NCBI RefSeq assembly: GCF_016433145.1
Contig: NC_058131.1
Span: forward strand, 485,468,888 to 485,532,887
Direction of reading: 5' to 3'
DNA from: Gracilinanus agilis
Lineage: Eukaryota
DNA length: 64,000 nucleotides
The position numbers were made by a program, and so were the translations under genes. The notes beneath the pieces were generated by a model. The model did no database searches. It saw nothing but the letters and a program-made list of their open reading frames with translations, and was not told the DNA's origin. Each line of letters opens with the position of its first letter. The stretch's first letter is position 1. Shown here one piece after another: positions 12,190 through 24,129 of this stretch.

Positions 12190-12385
12190 TTAGGTTGCTC
12201 AATGGATATGGAGTTATTCCTAGAGTTAGGAGGACCTGTGTTCTAATCTCACCTTTGACACTTCTTAGCTATGTGACCCTGGGCAAGTCACTTAATTCCA
12301 GTTGCCCAGCTCTTACTATTCTTCTTCCTTGGGACTGATACTTAGTATCAAATCTTAAGACAGAAGGTAAGGGTTTAAAACAAAA
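12190..12385 (+). mobile_element. SINE1_Mdo-type SINE
   Basis: ttaggttgctcaatggata...gctatgtgaccctgggcaagtcactt...agacagaaggtaagggtttaaaa. Confidence 0.8.
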
Positions 12386-13156
12386 CAAACCTAAAAGAAA
12401 TTTCTCCAGTCTTCTTCCCTGGACCTCAATGGGTGCTCATGATAGGGTGTCTATAGAGTCCTAGTTATTTCTTGGGACCATTTAAAAAAAACAAAACCCG
12501 TCTCTGCCAGCCCAGGAGGAGGAGAAAGAAGGAGAGGGAGAAGAGATAGTTTCTGTGTCCACCACAAAGAGCCAAAACCCACTTCTCAATCTTGCTCCTT
12601 CACTGGGATGCTTGATTGAAGATGTTACTTAATCCAAAATCCACTGGGAAACAGCTTCATTAGACTTTCAGACTTGAAGTCTTCAGTATCACATCCAAAC
12701 TGTCACTGATTCTCCTCTCTCAAGGTTCTGGAATCTCCCTTGCCACTCAGTCTGCTCTGCTAAGCTAAGCTAAATTCTATATTCCTATAACAGTTCCAAG
12801 TCAGAAGATCAGTAAAGGCTAGATAAAGAGTTTAGTGACTAGCCCAGAGTGAAACAGCTAGGAAGTATCTGAAAGAAATGAATCCAGGACCTCCTGTCTC
12901 CTGACCTGGCTTTCTATCTATCAAGTCATCTGGCTGCCCCTGGTACCCTAATTTTTTTGACAGTTTTGCTAATACAGTAGATGAGGGATTATTAGCTTTA
13001 GGCCCATAAACATGTTTTTTCTTACTATTTTGATGGTCATATTTCAATATAATTTATTTTCCTGGTGCTCTAAGAAACTCACAATGATTTTAAGATGGAA
13101 AACAGTTGTCCATTTGCACTAACAGAGGGGAATTGCTCACTGATAATTCTCTATAC

Positions 13157-13492
13157 CAGTGATCCCAAACGGGGTGGTCATATGTAGTCTACACATTCCC
13201 TGGTGCTAGAACTAGATTAAAACATAACTGATAACCAGCTGTGTGACCCTGGGCAAGTCACTTGACCCCCATTGCCCACCCTTACCATTCTTCCACCTAT
13301 GAGACAATACACAGAAGTTAAGGGTTTAAAAATGTAAAAAAAAAAATAACTGAGGAATATTTAGCAAAATAAATGAAAATACCATAAAGCACAGATTAAT
13401 ATTACATTTAAAAACTAAGTCAATATGTGGCCCACAGGAATCCTTATGCATGTATTAGTGGCCCCATTTTAATTTTAATTTTGATACTACTA
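13157..13492. mobile_element. hAT-Charlie-like MER element with a nested 5'-truncated SINE1_Mdo (13232-13345)
   Basis: Ends cagtgatcccaaac / tttgatactact; internal atgtggcccacaggaatccttatg; nested SINE flanked by the 8-bp TSD ataactga (13224-31 / 13346-53). Confidence 0.6.
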
Positions 13493-13821
13493 TTCTGGAT
13501 CAATGACAAGTCTGAACCAAGTGCCCAAGAGGAGTCCTAAGTGCTAGTTAGAGGAACCAATGAAAGTTTCATGGAAAAGGTGGGATTTTGAGCTAAATTT
13601 TGAAGGATAAGAAGGGGATTCCAAGATCAGAAAACAATGGAGCATCAGAAAAGCATGGAGATGAGAAAGGTCATGAAATTTTTAGGTAGCCATGTGGCTG
13701 GAATATAGAATGTAACGGGGGTGGGGGAGGGGGAAGCAGTGTGAAATAAAGGAGAGTTGACCAATGGAAGGAACACTGATTTTGGACTCAAAAGACTTAG
13801 ATTAAAATCTCAAGTCTGCTT

Positions 13822-14070
13822 TGTTGTTCAGTCATTTAAAAATTATTTCCAACTCCTTGTGACCCCATTTGCAGTTTTCTTGGCAATGATACTGAAATGA
13901 TTTACTATTTCCTTCACCAGCTCATTTTACAAATGAGGAAACTGAGGCAAACAGGATTAAGTGACTTGCCCAGGTACTTACAGCAAAGAAGTATCTAAGG
14001 CCACATTTGAACTTGGGGTATCCTGTCTCTAGACATGGCTCTATCCACTGAGCCACAATCTGCCATTACC
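13822..14070 (-). mobile_element. Mar1-type SINE
   Basis: ttgttgttcagtcatt...gtgaccccattt...ttttcttggcaatgatactg...cagctcattttacaaatgaggaaactgaggcaaacagg. Confidence 0.85.
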
Positions 14071-15005
14071 ACTATTTCTGCTACTTAGTAGCTATGTGAT
14101 CATTTTACCCTTCTGAGTCACAGTTTCCTGACTTGTAAAATGAGGGCATTAAATTAGATGATCCCCGAGATCCCACTCACCTTTCAATCTATTAGTTGGT
14201 TTTTTGAAACATCTGAAAGTCATTCGGAACTGAACCTGTGCAAAAAGGTGGAGAACTCAGTGGGGGATACATTGTTTTTGTTTAAAAGAAAGAAGTATCA
14301 TAATGTAGTAACAAGAATGGCTGAACTACTTGGAGGAGAAAAGTCACTTTATGTGAGTGATTTCACGGACTGAGCAGTTTAGAGCCTTTTGAATTATTGT
14401 ATTGCTTGCTCCAGTATCGTATCCCCAGGCTGACTCATTCAGTGATGAAGTAATTGATTGATAGTCACTCAAATATGATTCTTGCTTTTTATTGGTCCAT
14501 TTCCACAGCACAGTTGTGCTGATTCAGATTTCTGTGGTGGATAAAATCCTCATACCCTTATTTAATCTCATGCCGTCTGTCCTGAGTAGTGTATATGTTT
14601 CCTGGTTGATGTACTAATCTAATCACAGTTGTTTCTCCTTATATTTGAGAGGTCCAGGGTGCTGAGACTTGGGCACAACTTTTGGGGGTAGAGCTGGATC
14701 ATTCGTTCATGCATCTTTTCCCCTAATCAATATCCAGTATAATTTGTGTGTAAATATTATTCCTTTTGTTGAATATGGTACCCAGTGACTTGGTTGATAT
14801 ACTTGAGATATTAGATTCCTCCACTGGTTTTCTCAGGTCATTCATAAACTGTCTCTGACAGAAAGGGGGAGTTCCATAATGCTTTGGGCAATGGTAGCAC
14901 ATTCAGATAAAAGTACGTTGCCTTTTTGGGTGATGATTTCAAAAGGGCAGTATTCATCTGTATGTGTTAATTTATGATGTATTTTTTAAATAGTCAGTTG
15001 CCTTG

Positions 15006-15512
15006 AGAGTAACTTGGTGGCTCAGTAGATTGAGAGCTAGCCTAGAGACTGGAGGTCTTGGGTTTAAATCTGTCCTCAGATACTTCCTAGCTGTGTGATG
15101 TTGGGGAAATCACAACCCCCATTGTCTAGCCTTTCCTCTTTGGAACCAATATACAGTATTCATTCTAAGTTAGAAGTAAGAGTTAAAAAAAAATAGTTGC
15201 TTTACTTTAGGTTCTATTGCTAGAGTATTTTAGTCTGGGCCTTTTTATAATAATAGTGGCATTGGCTTGCAGGTGGAATCAGCTTGACCTAAGTGCTTAG
15301 GCTGTTTTTTTGTTTTTTTTCCTTTTAAATCCATACCTTCTGTCTTAGCACTAATACTGAGTTTTGGTTCCAGGGTAAGATGACCAGTAAGGGCTAGGCA
15401 ACTGAGGTTAAATGACTTGCTCAGGGTCATATAGCTAAGAAGTATCTAAGACTAGAGTTGAACCTAGGACCTCCTATCTCTTAAGCCTGCCACTGAGTCA
15501 TCTACTTGCCCC
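15006..15512. mobile_element. tail-to-tail pair of SINE1_Mdo copies (15006-15193 +; 15305-15512 -)
   Basis: Both carry the diagnostic head and the gaaggtaagggtttaaaa-type tail, in opposite orientations about 110 bp apart. Confidence 0.8.
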
Positions 15513-15519
15513 TAGGCCA

Positions 15520-16050
15520 ATTGGTTTTGAATTTTTAAAACAATGTCTTAATTTATATTTATTCTTATTTCTAGATTTGATTTTTGTATCATTTTTATTT
15601 CTGAGAGTATTTCTCTTTTCTTTCCTACTCAGTAAGCTATCTCCTCTTACAAATAATAAAACATGAAGGGAAAAAAAGCAATTTAACAAAAATTCACCAA
15701 TACACCAGAGCTTGATAGTATGTGGGGTTTTGCAAGCCTAGTATCCTCCACCTCTACAAAAAAGGAGTGTTGTACATTTTTTCCCCTCTTCTTTCATTTC
15801 GAGGTTTGTAATTTGGTCATTCCTCCCATTTATGTTATAGTTATTATGTTTATTGTTTACCGGTTTCTGTTTATTTCACTTCTGTATCAATTCACATAAA
15901 TCTTACCATACTTCTCTGAAGTCTTTATCTTTTTTTTGTTTCTTATTGCATAGTAATGCTTCACTACATTCAAGTACCACAGAATGCTTTGCCATTCCCT
16001 GATGGATATTTTCAGTTCTTTTACACCACAAAAATTACTTCTGTGAATAT
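15520..16050 (-). mobile_element. old L1 3' fragment
   Basis: ttcttattgcatagtaatgcttcactacattcaagtaccaca...gccattccctgatggata...cagttcttttacaccacaaaaatt, an antisense L1 pattern. Confidence 0.6.
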
Positions 16051-17475
16051 TTGGTGTAACTGTTAGGTCAGTTCCATTCTGCAGGTGTTTTCTTCAAAAT
16101 GACGATTTCATTCTGAGGGCTAGAATAGAATGAGAAATAGATTTTTTTTCTTGGTGTGGTAGTTTCTCAGTGTACTGGAAAGAGTTGACTTGTAAGACAG
16201 GCCTTCTTTTCTTAGGGATCATTTTTTCTTCTATTGCAGGGGGGGTGGCACTCTTGTCAGTGTGTATGCTTTAGGGGTGTTAACTGTGTGTCTAGAGTCT
16301 CTTGATGTTCCTGTGTCCTGGGGTGTTCAAAGGAATAGGGCAAAAGGAGTGAGCTTTTAGAAATAGCACCAATTAAACACATTTATCCATTTGAAAATGA
16401 CCAATTACCAATACATTAATTAATATGCAATGATAATTAAATGTAATTAGAATTGCCTTTTTTATTTTTAAAATAAGAGTCTATTAATTAGGGACCCCAT
16501 AGTTCAGCTTGGCTGTCCCTTCTTGCCATCTAGCTCTCCCTCACTGCTGATTGTTCTTTTAGTGACTCCCTAGGGGCATTTATTGAGACCCTGACAAGTC
16601 AGACAGGGACTTAGTAATTAAAAAGGCATTGGCAGTCCTCTGCTTAGTCCCACATGTTGATTTAACTCTAGGAAATAATAACCCTGTTTCTGCTCTTTTC
16701 TATATACATTACTTTTATTTCTACTTAATGCAGATGATGATTTAAGGAGACCGGAAAGGGAAGCAAAGTCAACTTAACATTCTGCATGTTTTCAGGCTTT
16801 AGACAATGGACTGCTCTGTGATGTTTTTCCTCTAAGTTAAGAAAAGTTCTAGACTTCTTGGGATACAAAGTCTGACTGATGCTAGGAAGGGAAGGCTACT
16901 AGTTTTTCTTGCTTCATTTTGTAATGTTGTGGAAAAGGAGAGGTGAAGGGAATCAATGAATGTGCTAAGCATCCACATCTACCAGGATTTCCCTTTCCTT
17001 CTCCCTTTCCCCTGTAACGAAGGTTAGGCCCATATCTCCCCCCTTTTCCAATCCATATGAATTAGAGCCATGCCTTCCCCAGTGAATGAAGATTAATCTT
17101 CTCTTTTAGGCAGCAAAATTCTCCACGGAAACTGGGTGGCCCTTGTTTACCTTGGGGGAGTTTGCTGGCAGCTTCTGCTTCCTGGTCACCTAAGGGTATA
17201 AAAGATCCCACCCATGTGGAGTCTAGGCTCCTCAGACTTGTTGGATATCTGAAGACCACTTGGATCACTCCAAGATTGCTCTTTTTGCCAACATATTTCC
17301 ATATGGATATGAAGGAGTCAACCAGGCCACTTTCTCTTTGTTTATATCCTTATTGTGGATATACATAGATAAATAAATCTCTTAAAAATTGTTCAGTAAT
17401 TTATGAGTGCAAAAATAATGGGATACTTGAATTTTTCCTTCCCCTCCTCCTATAACAGGGAGCCATACTTTATGG

Positions 17476-18172
17476 TGTTATAACTAGATTAAGTCTACAC
17501 TGCCCATCTTTAGATTTAATCACGAGAGCACCTCCAAATTCTGGGAGGTCCTAACCCAAGTGTGCTAGAGTGAGTGATGAATCAGAATCAGCTGACTGCC
17601 CCCTAGGCTTTCTATGAGAAAGTGTCTATTGTGATTGGACATTCGAGCTAGGGGAAGGCACAGGAAGTGATGCATAAGTGATCCCTTAAAAAAGGAGTTA
17701 AGTGAGTGAGGGGAGCTTCTGGTGAAGAGGGTGACTGATGAAGGAGCTCTTCTGGTCTGTGGAGGAGTTCTGGCTGGAATGCTGAGACCTTAGTGAGACT
17801 GCTTCAATATCTTCTTTAGAAGTCCACGTGGTAAGTTTAAAGACTGAATCTTCCTGAACTTCTCATAAGGAACTTCTTTAAATAGACTCTGTGAATGAAG
17901 GTTTGCTTCATTCACCTCTGGGCCTCTGGCCCTCTGACTCTCAGCTGAGGGTTAATTAGATCTACCTGGATTAATTAGAGAATCGTAGTAAATTACCTAC
18001 TGTGTTAGATTCTTATTTTCTTATTTCCTCTCTCTTCTCAATTGTTAATAAACTTTCATAAAAGTCAATTTTGACTTGAGATTATTCTTAATTGAGGATT
18101 GATAATTGTTCAATCCTCTGGCAACAATCTTTTAATATATTGAACCCCAAATATCCTTTTTCCCACCTTACA
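17476..18172 (+). mobile_element. solo ERV LTR (ERV1-like, 697 bp)
   Basis: TG...CA termini (tgttataac / ccttaca); perfect 4-bp TSD atgg (17472-75 / 18173-76); internal gattgg (CCAAT), ggaagtga, cttaaaaaagg, donor GTG|GTAAGT (17830/31), AATAAA near 18048. Confidence 0.85.
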
Positions 18173-18945
18173 ATGGGGATGAGAAAGATGTCCACCAACA
18201 GCTCTGTCATCCCTGAAATACTGTGCCCAGGAAAAATGTTTTGGCTTGGTACATCCTATGTGGGATTATGCCTTCTTTATTGCTGAAATCTGTTGTTGAG
18301 ATTGCTACCGAAATATTCATGTTGTCAGAATCAGAAGAAAAAAGCTCAGACGCTGGATCAATTGTTACCTTTTCTTGAGTGATATCAATGCTTTGAATTT
18401 GTGTCATGTTTTATAAACTCCAGAGTACTCTCCAACACTGTCTTATTTGATCGTTAGAATAGACTTGAGCTAGCATTAAAAAGTAAGGGGGAGAGGGAAC
18501 TGTTCACCATCTTTTTTATAATGACGATGATGGTGCTGATAGCAACAATAACCGTTTTCCAACTCAACACATTATCTAGGGATTAAAGGGGGGGAATGGG
18601 GAAAAATAGTACTGTCAGCCAGGGTAATGTACTGGAGGGACTCTTTCTCTTACTTGAGGTTCTATGGTAGCCATGAATGCCCAACCGAAATCAGACAGTT
18701 GATATCATTACTGACTAGATTAACACCCTGGCTGATGTGTTCTAAATGCTCCTATGAATCTTTAAAATAAATGAAGTGACATAGAGCTGCATGTGGTTCC
18801 TGATTGGCATCATTCTCACGATTGATCAAATTTACATGGAGTGCAAGAAAATGAATGATGTTCTTTCATGTACTTGTACCACAGCAAGATATGTCAGAAC
18901 TAATAAAAAAACTAACACTATACTTGTTAGAAATACTGCAGTGCA

Positions 18946-19155
18946 GGGGGCAGCTGGGTAGCTCAGTGGATTGAGAGCCAGGCCTAGAGACGGGAGGTCC
19001 TAGGTTCAAATCTGGCCTCAGACACTTCCCAGCTGTGTGACCCTGGGCAAGTCACTTGACCCCCATTGCTTACCCTTACCACTCTTCTGCCTTGGAACCA
19101 ATACACAGTATTGACTCTAAGATGGAAGGTAAGGGTTTAAAAAAAAAAAAAAGAA
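18946..19155 (+). mobile_element. young full-length SINE1_Mdo
   Basis: Near-consensus sequence with a retained CpG (gacgggag), a long A tail and a perfect 17-bp TSD agaaatactgcagtgca (18929-45 / 19156-72). Confidence 0.95.
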
Positions 19156-19339
19156 AGAAATACTGCAGTGCATGTGGCATTGACCATTAATGAGGGTAAG
19201 CCATGAGTGTACATGATCTAGTCTGAAGTTAGGAATAGTTTTATGTATCAGTGTCAAGGCATGGCAAAACTGAAAACACATTGTACCAAGAGCAAAAGAT
19301 ACAGGCAAGAATTTCAGGCTGCTTTTTGTCAAAGGTATC

Positions 19340-19740
19340 CTTTGTTCTATGTTTAGCAATAATGTATTACATATTACTACAAGGCAATTATAAGAACTAG
19401 CATTTTTACTGGATATAATAAGAGAGAAAACTAAGTATTTACTTCAATCTGGAAAGGAAAAGATGAAGCACTTAAAGGTCCTGAAAATCTATACTTAACA
19501 CAAAATTAAGAAATATTATCTAGTAGTGAAGTAGATAGCAAAAATAATGAATCAACTATAAAGTATTGCAAACCAGTGCAGGGCAATGATAAGCAATAAC
19601 ATCACTCCTAACTCCAAATTGGATAAAATAAGAATAGAAAATGAAGAATTATTTAAATCTGAAAGGAAAAGGTTGAAGAAAGAACCTGAAGATATTGAAA
19701 AAGTACACAACAGAAACTTCAGTTGTGTAGTTACAGTCTT
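19340..19740 (+). mobile_element. Dong/R4-clade retrotransposon fossil, N-terminal part
   Basis: Frame of ORF 19586 extended upstream reads *SIANQCRAMISNNITPNSKLDKIRIE, resembling R4 QRLADQRRxIIRNxxxxxxELEELxR; weaker upstream NNVLHYYYKA...TGY resembles CYY...GY. Confidence 0.5.
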
Positions 19741-19884
19741 ATTCATAGGAAAAAAAGCATCTATTAAAGGATATATTATGTGTTCAGGTATTGTGCTAAG
19801 TGATATGGGTACAAAGAGAGACAAAAAAAAGCAGTCCTTACTCTCCAGGAGATGATGGTCTAATGGAGGAGATACCTAAAAATA

Positions 19885-20409
19885 CAAATAACCATTCCAC
19901 ATCAAGACTTTCCCCATCATACCTTTCTCCATCACTGTTTTGATATATCATGGGTTGGCATAAGAAATTAAATGCAAATTTTTGGGCAATTTTATGGAAG
20001 TTGCAGATGACATGAGAAAGGCAGCAAATGACAAAGAAAAAATCTAGAAACTCAGAAATGGATAAAATATATGTATTGTTTTATATGATATCAACATATT
20101 TTATCTTTAGTACCATAAATTTACACAATTTCTTGAGATTTTAAAGTTAAAGTAAACAAAAAGTTAAAAGTTAGTGAAGAGAATGCAAAAGCTAGCAGAT
20201 AATACACAAAATCTAGAAACTTATGGATATCTTAAAAAGTTTCATAACTCATAAATGTACATAAGATATTGTAATACCCCATAAAAGAAAAAGAAAGAAA
20301 AATTAGATTTCTCCTCTGATACAAATGGAGGGTCAAAATTTTGTTTGTAAATTTTCCAGATCACAGGGGAGCTATACTCCTAATCCCCACATTGTGGAAC
20401 GGATATCTG
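19885..20409. mobile_element. Tigger-like MITE
   Basis: TA|caaataaccattccaca ... tgtggaacggatatctg|TA: 14/17 TIR match with TA target duplications (19883-84, 20410-11). Confidence 0.8.
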
Positions 20410-20625
20410 TAACAAAAGACAAAGAAAATGCAAATGCGATAAATTGGAAGAAGTCTTAGAGGGAAGGGACTAAGATAAAAGAGGACTGGTAAGATTTCTT
20501 GGAATAATTGGGATCTTAGCTGTGACGACTGAAATCAGAGAAGCCAAGAGGCAGAAGTGAGTAGACAGAATGGTTCTAAGAATGGGCAACTGTCACTGAA
20601 AATGACTGGACTCAGAAAAAACATT

Positions 20626-20815
20626 GGGGGCTGTTAGCTGGCTCAGTGGATAGAGCAGTAGGCTTGGAGTTGGGAAGGTCTCGGTCTATGACTGGTCTCA
20701 GACACTTTTAAGCTGTGTGACCCTAGACAAGTTACTTAACCTCCATTTCCTCACCTTTCTTGTTCTTCTGTTTTAGAATTTATACTAAGACAAAAGGTAC
20801 AGGTTATTCAAAAAC
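20626..20815 (+). mobile_element. SINE1_Mdo/MIR-type SINE
   Basis: gggggctgttagctggctcagtggatagagc...gctgtgtgaccctagacaagttacttaacc. Confidence 0.75.
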
Positions 20816-21294
20816 AAAATAAAAAATAATGTCCGGACTTGGGAGATTGAATATGGTATACAAAGAATAGCAAGGAGGCCAATGTCACTAAATCTCAGTT
20901 TGTAGATGAGAGAAAGATGTAAGAAAACTTGAAAAATCAGAAAGGGCATGGATATAATGGGCTTTAAGAGCTAAACAGAGGATTTATTGTTTGATCCTGG
21001 AGGTAATTAAAGTTACTTCAATTTACCAAACAGGGAGTAATAGGTCAGGCATGTAGATCAATTAGTTAAGGATAGATTGGATTAGGAAGAAACTTTAGTT
21101 TCTTCTAGTGTGACCAGGTAGAAAACTATTTGAATAGTTTAGGCATGAAGTGATGAGATCCTGTACCATAGTGATTTGCAGCATTTCAGCAGATAAGAGG
21201 GAGTCTATGAGAGATGTAGAAACAGGATTTAATCCCTTATTGAATATTGTAATGTAAAGAGGATGAAGGATGAGAGAGCAAAGGTCAAGGATGT

Positions 21295-21855
21295 CTTTTA
21301 TTTATTTAATTAGTTTTGGTTTTTTAATTTTTTTTCCAAGGTTACATGATTTTTCTTGTTTCCCTCCCCTCATCATTCCCCCTCCTGGAGTTTTTCCATA
21401 TTATTAATTTTTGTAATAGAGTAATCTTTTAAGACCAAAACTTCAATTGTAAATCCATATGCTTTCTTCTGGATTTCTATTCTACATTTTTCTTTTTTCT
21501 AGATGTGGATAGCATTCTTTTCATAGGTCCCTCAGAATTGTCCTGGATCATCACATTGCTTTTAGTAGCAAAGTCAATTACATTTAATCATCCCACAATG
21601 TTTCAGTTGCTGTGTATAATGTTCTCCTGGTTCTGCTTATTACACACTGCATCAGTTCATGTAGGTCTTTACAATTCTTATAGAAATCTATTGATTTATC
21701 ATTCCTGATAGCACAATATATCACTAACATACCACAATTTGTTCAGCCATTCCCCCATGAAGGGATATTACATCATTTTCTAATTTTTTGTCACCACAAA
21801 AAAACACAGCTATAAATATTTTTGTCCAAACAGATCCTTTTCCATTTTTTTCAAA
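21295..21855 (-). mobile_element. 5'-truncated L1
   Basis: Track ORF 21724-21906 contains WTKIFIAVFF...KKLEN (L1 ORF2 C-terminus); T-rich 3' end. Confidence 0.85.
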
Positions 21856-22739
21856 AAGAATGTCATTTAGGTTGTCAACCTGGGTGATTGGGAAGATGGT
21901 GGACAATAATAGAGAAATTTAGAAGAGAGGAGTCTTGTGTGAGGGGGAAGATAATGAATTCATTTTTGGATGTGTTGAGCTATCTATGGGACATCTATTT
22001 TTAGATATCCAATAGGTAGTTACAGATGGTAGGTTCAAGTTAGGGACAGAGGTTAGGATTGGAATAATAGGCTTCGAAACCATTTGTATTGAAATGATAA
22101 TTAAAATAATGGTAACTGTGTAAATTAAGTGAAATAGTAATAAGGGAGAAAAGATGAGAGCCCTGGACAAAGATTGTAGTGTAACATGGATGAAGACCTA
22201 GAAAATGAGAGTCAGACAGACAGGTAAGAGGAGTTTCAGTAGAATCTAATATTTTGAATACCTAGAGAAAATACAGTGTCAAGGAGAGAACTATCAAAAT
22301 CTGGTTTAAGAGAGGTCAACCCTTAGATCTGGCAATTAGGAATACACTAGTAATTTGAAGAGAGTATTTAAATGATATGGTCATAAGCCAGACTGTGAAG
22401 ACTTCAAAAGAGTGAAAAAAGAAGGAAAAATGGATGCATATATTTTATAGAACCTTCTCAAGGAGTTTAACTAGGAAAAGGAGGAGAGATATGAAATAAT
22501 GGCTAATGGGGATGGAGAAGACACAGGCATATTTTAGGGTGTAGGGAAGTAGCCAGGAGACAGGAAACAATATAAAGTTAGTGAGGGAGTGGGAATGTTA
22601 GAGGGAGCAGTCTGCTGGAGAGGAAAGGCTAGAGTGGGATCATTTGTGCATGTAGAGCGTTTGATTTGGCAAGAAAAAAGGTTCATCTGTTAACGTGAAA
22701 TGAATAAAGAAGGAGATAATGGGAAAAGACATTTGAATG

Positions 22740-23918
22740 ATTTTTGCAAGGAAATTGAGGATCAAAACAATGCTATTTCCAATAATTTAAAAAAGGAGAT
22801 AGATACGCATAGAATAGAAATTTGAAAAGCAATTTTTAAGCTCAATCGAGCAAATACAGTTGATCAACTATGCCAAAATAGAATAATTCAGCAAAGGGAA
22901 TCTGCTTTAATTCTGATCCAATTACTTCTCCCACAATATTTGTTAGACAGTGTTCAAATATATCAAGACTATCACCCAATAGTGCATGTTGGAGACATTG
23001 ATGGAAAAGAAGAAGGAAAGAAGAGCTATTTAAGGACATGGTTCAACTATCACTATGGCAAAAGTAGTTTGAAAAAAAACTATTGAAGGACTATAGAAAA
23101 AAATGATGGGAAATTACATAAGTATCTAGATGGCACATTCAGCAGGAAACTTATATGAGCAACAAAAGTTTCATAAAATATCCTAGGGCTGTGAAGAATA
23201 ACTTGTATCAATTGGTGATTTTTGGACAAACCACCTAAAAACACCATAGCACTGACACTACTTTTATTGGTTAGATCCTTGACTCGGTTCTACAGTCGTG
23301 GCTTAGATACATACTGCAAATATATAAAATAAATCTAGGCACAGTGAGAAAAGCGTATTTCAAGTACAGATGCAATACTGTTTTCTTTCTAACATGTGCC
23401 ATCAATGAAATAGAATCAAGAATAATTGGAATAAAATCCAGTAACTTCTTGGGAATCAGGATATATCTGTTATGGTTCTGCCTAGCTTTCAATCCATTAT
23501 CATCATTTATGAATGGAACTATTTATGACTTTTGAATTAAGAAGGGCATTGTGCCAAAGCACCATATTAATCACTAATATATGGATGACATCAAGTTATA
23601 TGGCTTCACTTAAAAACATTTGATCTCTTCAAAACATTCTCCAAGAATATAAAAGTGTTATTTGGATTCGATAGCATAAATTTCTTAATATTGACCAAGT
23701 AAGAATATTGAGTCTCAATTGAACTTCAATTCAGAGGTCAAATTAAAACTATGAATGAAGGTGTTACTTAAAAATATTTTGGTCTTCTCTAGGTAAACGA
23801 TAGTCAGAATGAGCTATGAAGGACAAAATAGAAGTGGTGCATGTTAAGAAACCAAACAGCATCTTGAAATCAAAGCTTTATAGCAAGAATCTATCTTAGT
23901 ACCATAATTCCTCTACCT
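22740..23918 (+). mobile_element. Dong/R4-clade retrotransposon fossil, reverse transcriptase domain
   Basis: EQQK..K.S*GCEE*LV; open frame 23275-23535 LDSVLQSWLRYILQIYKI...IGIKSSNFLGIRIYLLWFCLAFNPLSSFMN; same frame INH*YMDDIKLYG at 23566-23604; TFSKNIKVLFGFD; T*KYFGLL; MKDKI...ILKSKLYSKN. Confidence 0.9.
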
Positions 23919-24112
23919 CAGTGATTCCCAAAGTGGGTGCTACTATCCCCTGCTGGGTGCTGCAGCGATCCAGGGGAGTGGTGATGGCCACACTTTTTTT
24001 GTATTACAGTCTATTCTGAGTTCAGTAAATAGTTTCATAATTTCCAGAGGGTGCTAAGTAATATTTTTTTCTGGAAAGGGGGCGGTAGGCCAAAAAAGTT
24101 TGGGAACCACTG
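23919..24112. mobile_element. hAT-Charlie-type MITE (194 bp)
   Basis: TIRs cagtgattcccaaa / tttgggaaccactg (13/14); 8-bp flanks ctctacct / ctctactg. Confidence 0.85.
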
Positions 24113-24129
24113 CTCTACTGTATCCTTTT

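Larger units (their letters stand above)
19745..22735 (-). mobile_element. L2 element inserted into the R4 fossil and itself interrupted
   Basis: L2 3' end signature tattgtgctaagtgat...cagtccttactctccaggag..gtctaatgg at 19745-19880; purine-rich antisense L2 body at 20413-20620, 20830-21290 and 21856-22735. Confidence 0.75.

Noticed and set aside
14441-14522. C/D box snoRNA-like GTGATGA...CTGA (also 55317-55354)
   Set aside because: No properly placed terminal stem or recognisable guide; the second is too short; such motifs occur often by chance.
16057-16710. Possible second LTR (also 39240-39760)
   Set aside because: No matching TG..CA ends or TSD could be established.
18946-19020. tRNA-like A/B boxes at SINE heads
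   Set aside because: They are tRNA-derived SINE promoters with no cloverleaf; not tRNA genes.
19885-20409. Peptides WHKKL / KQKV that first looked like the R4 middle region
   Set aside because: The segment is bounded by TIRs and TA duplications; it is a Tigger-like MITE inside the L2.
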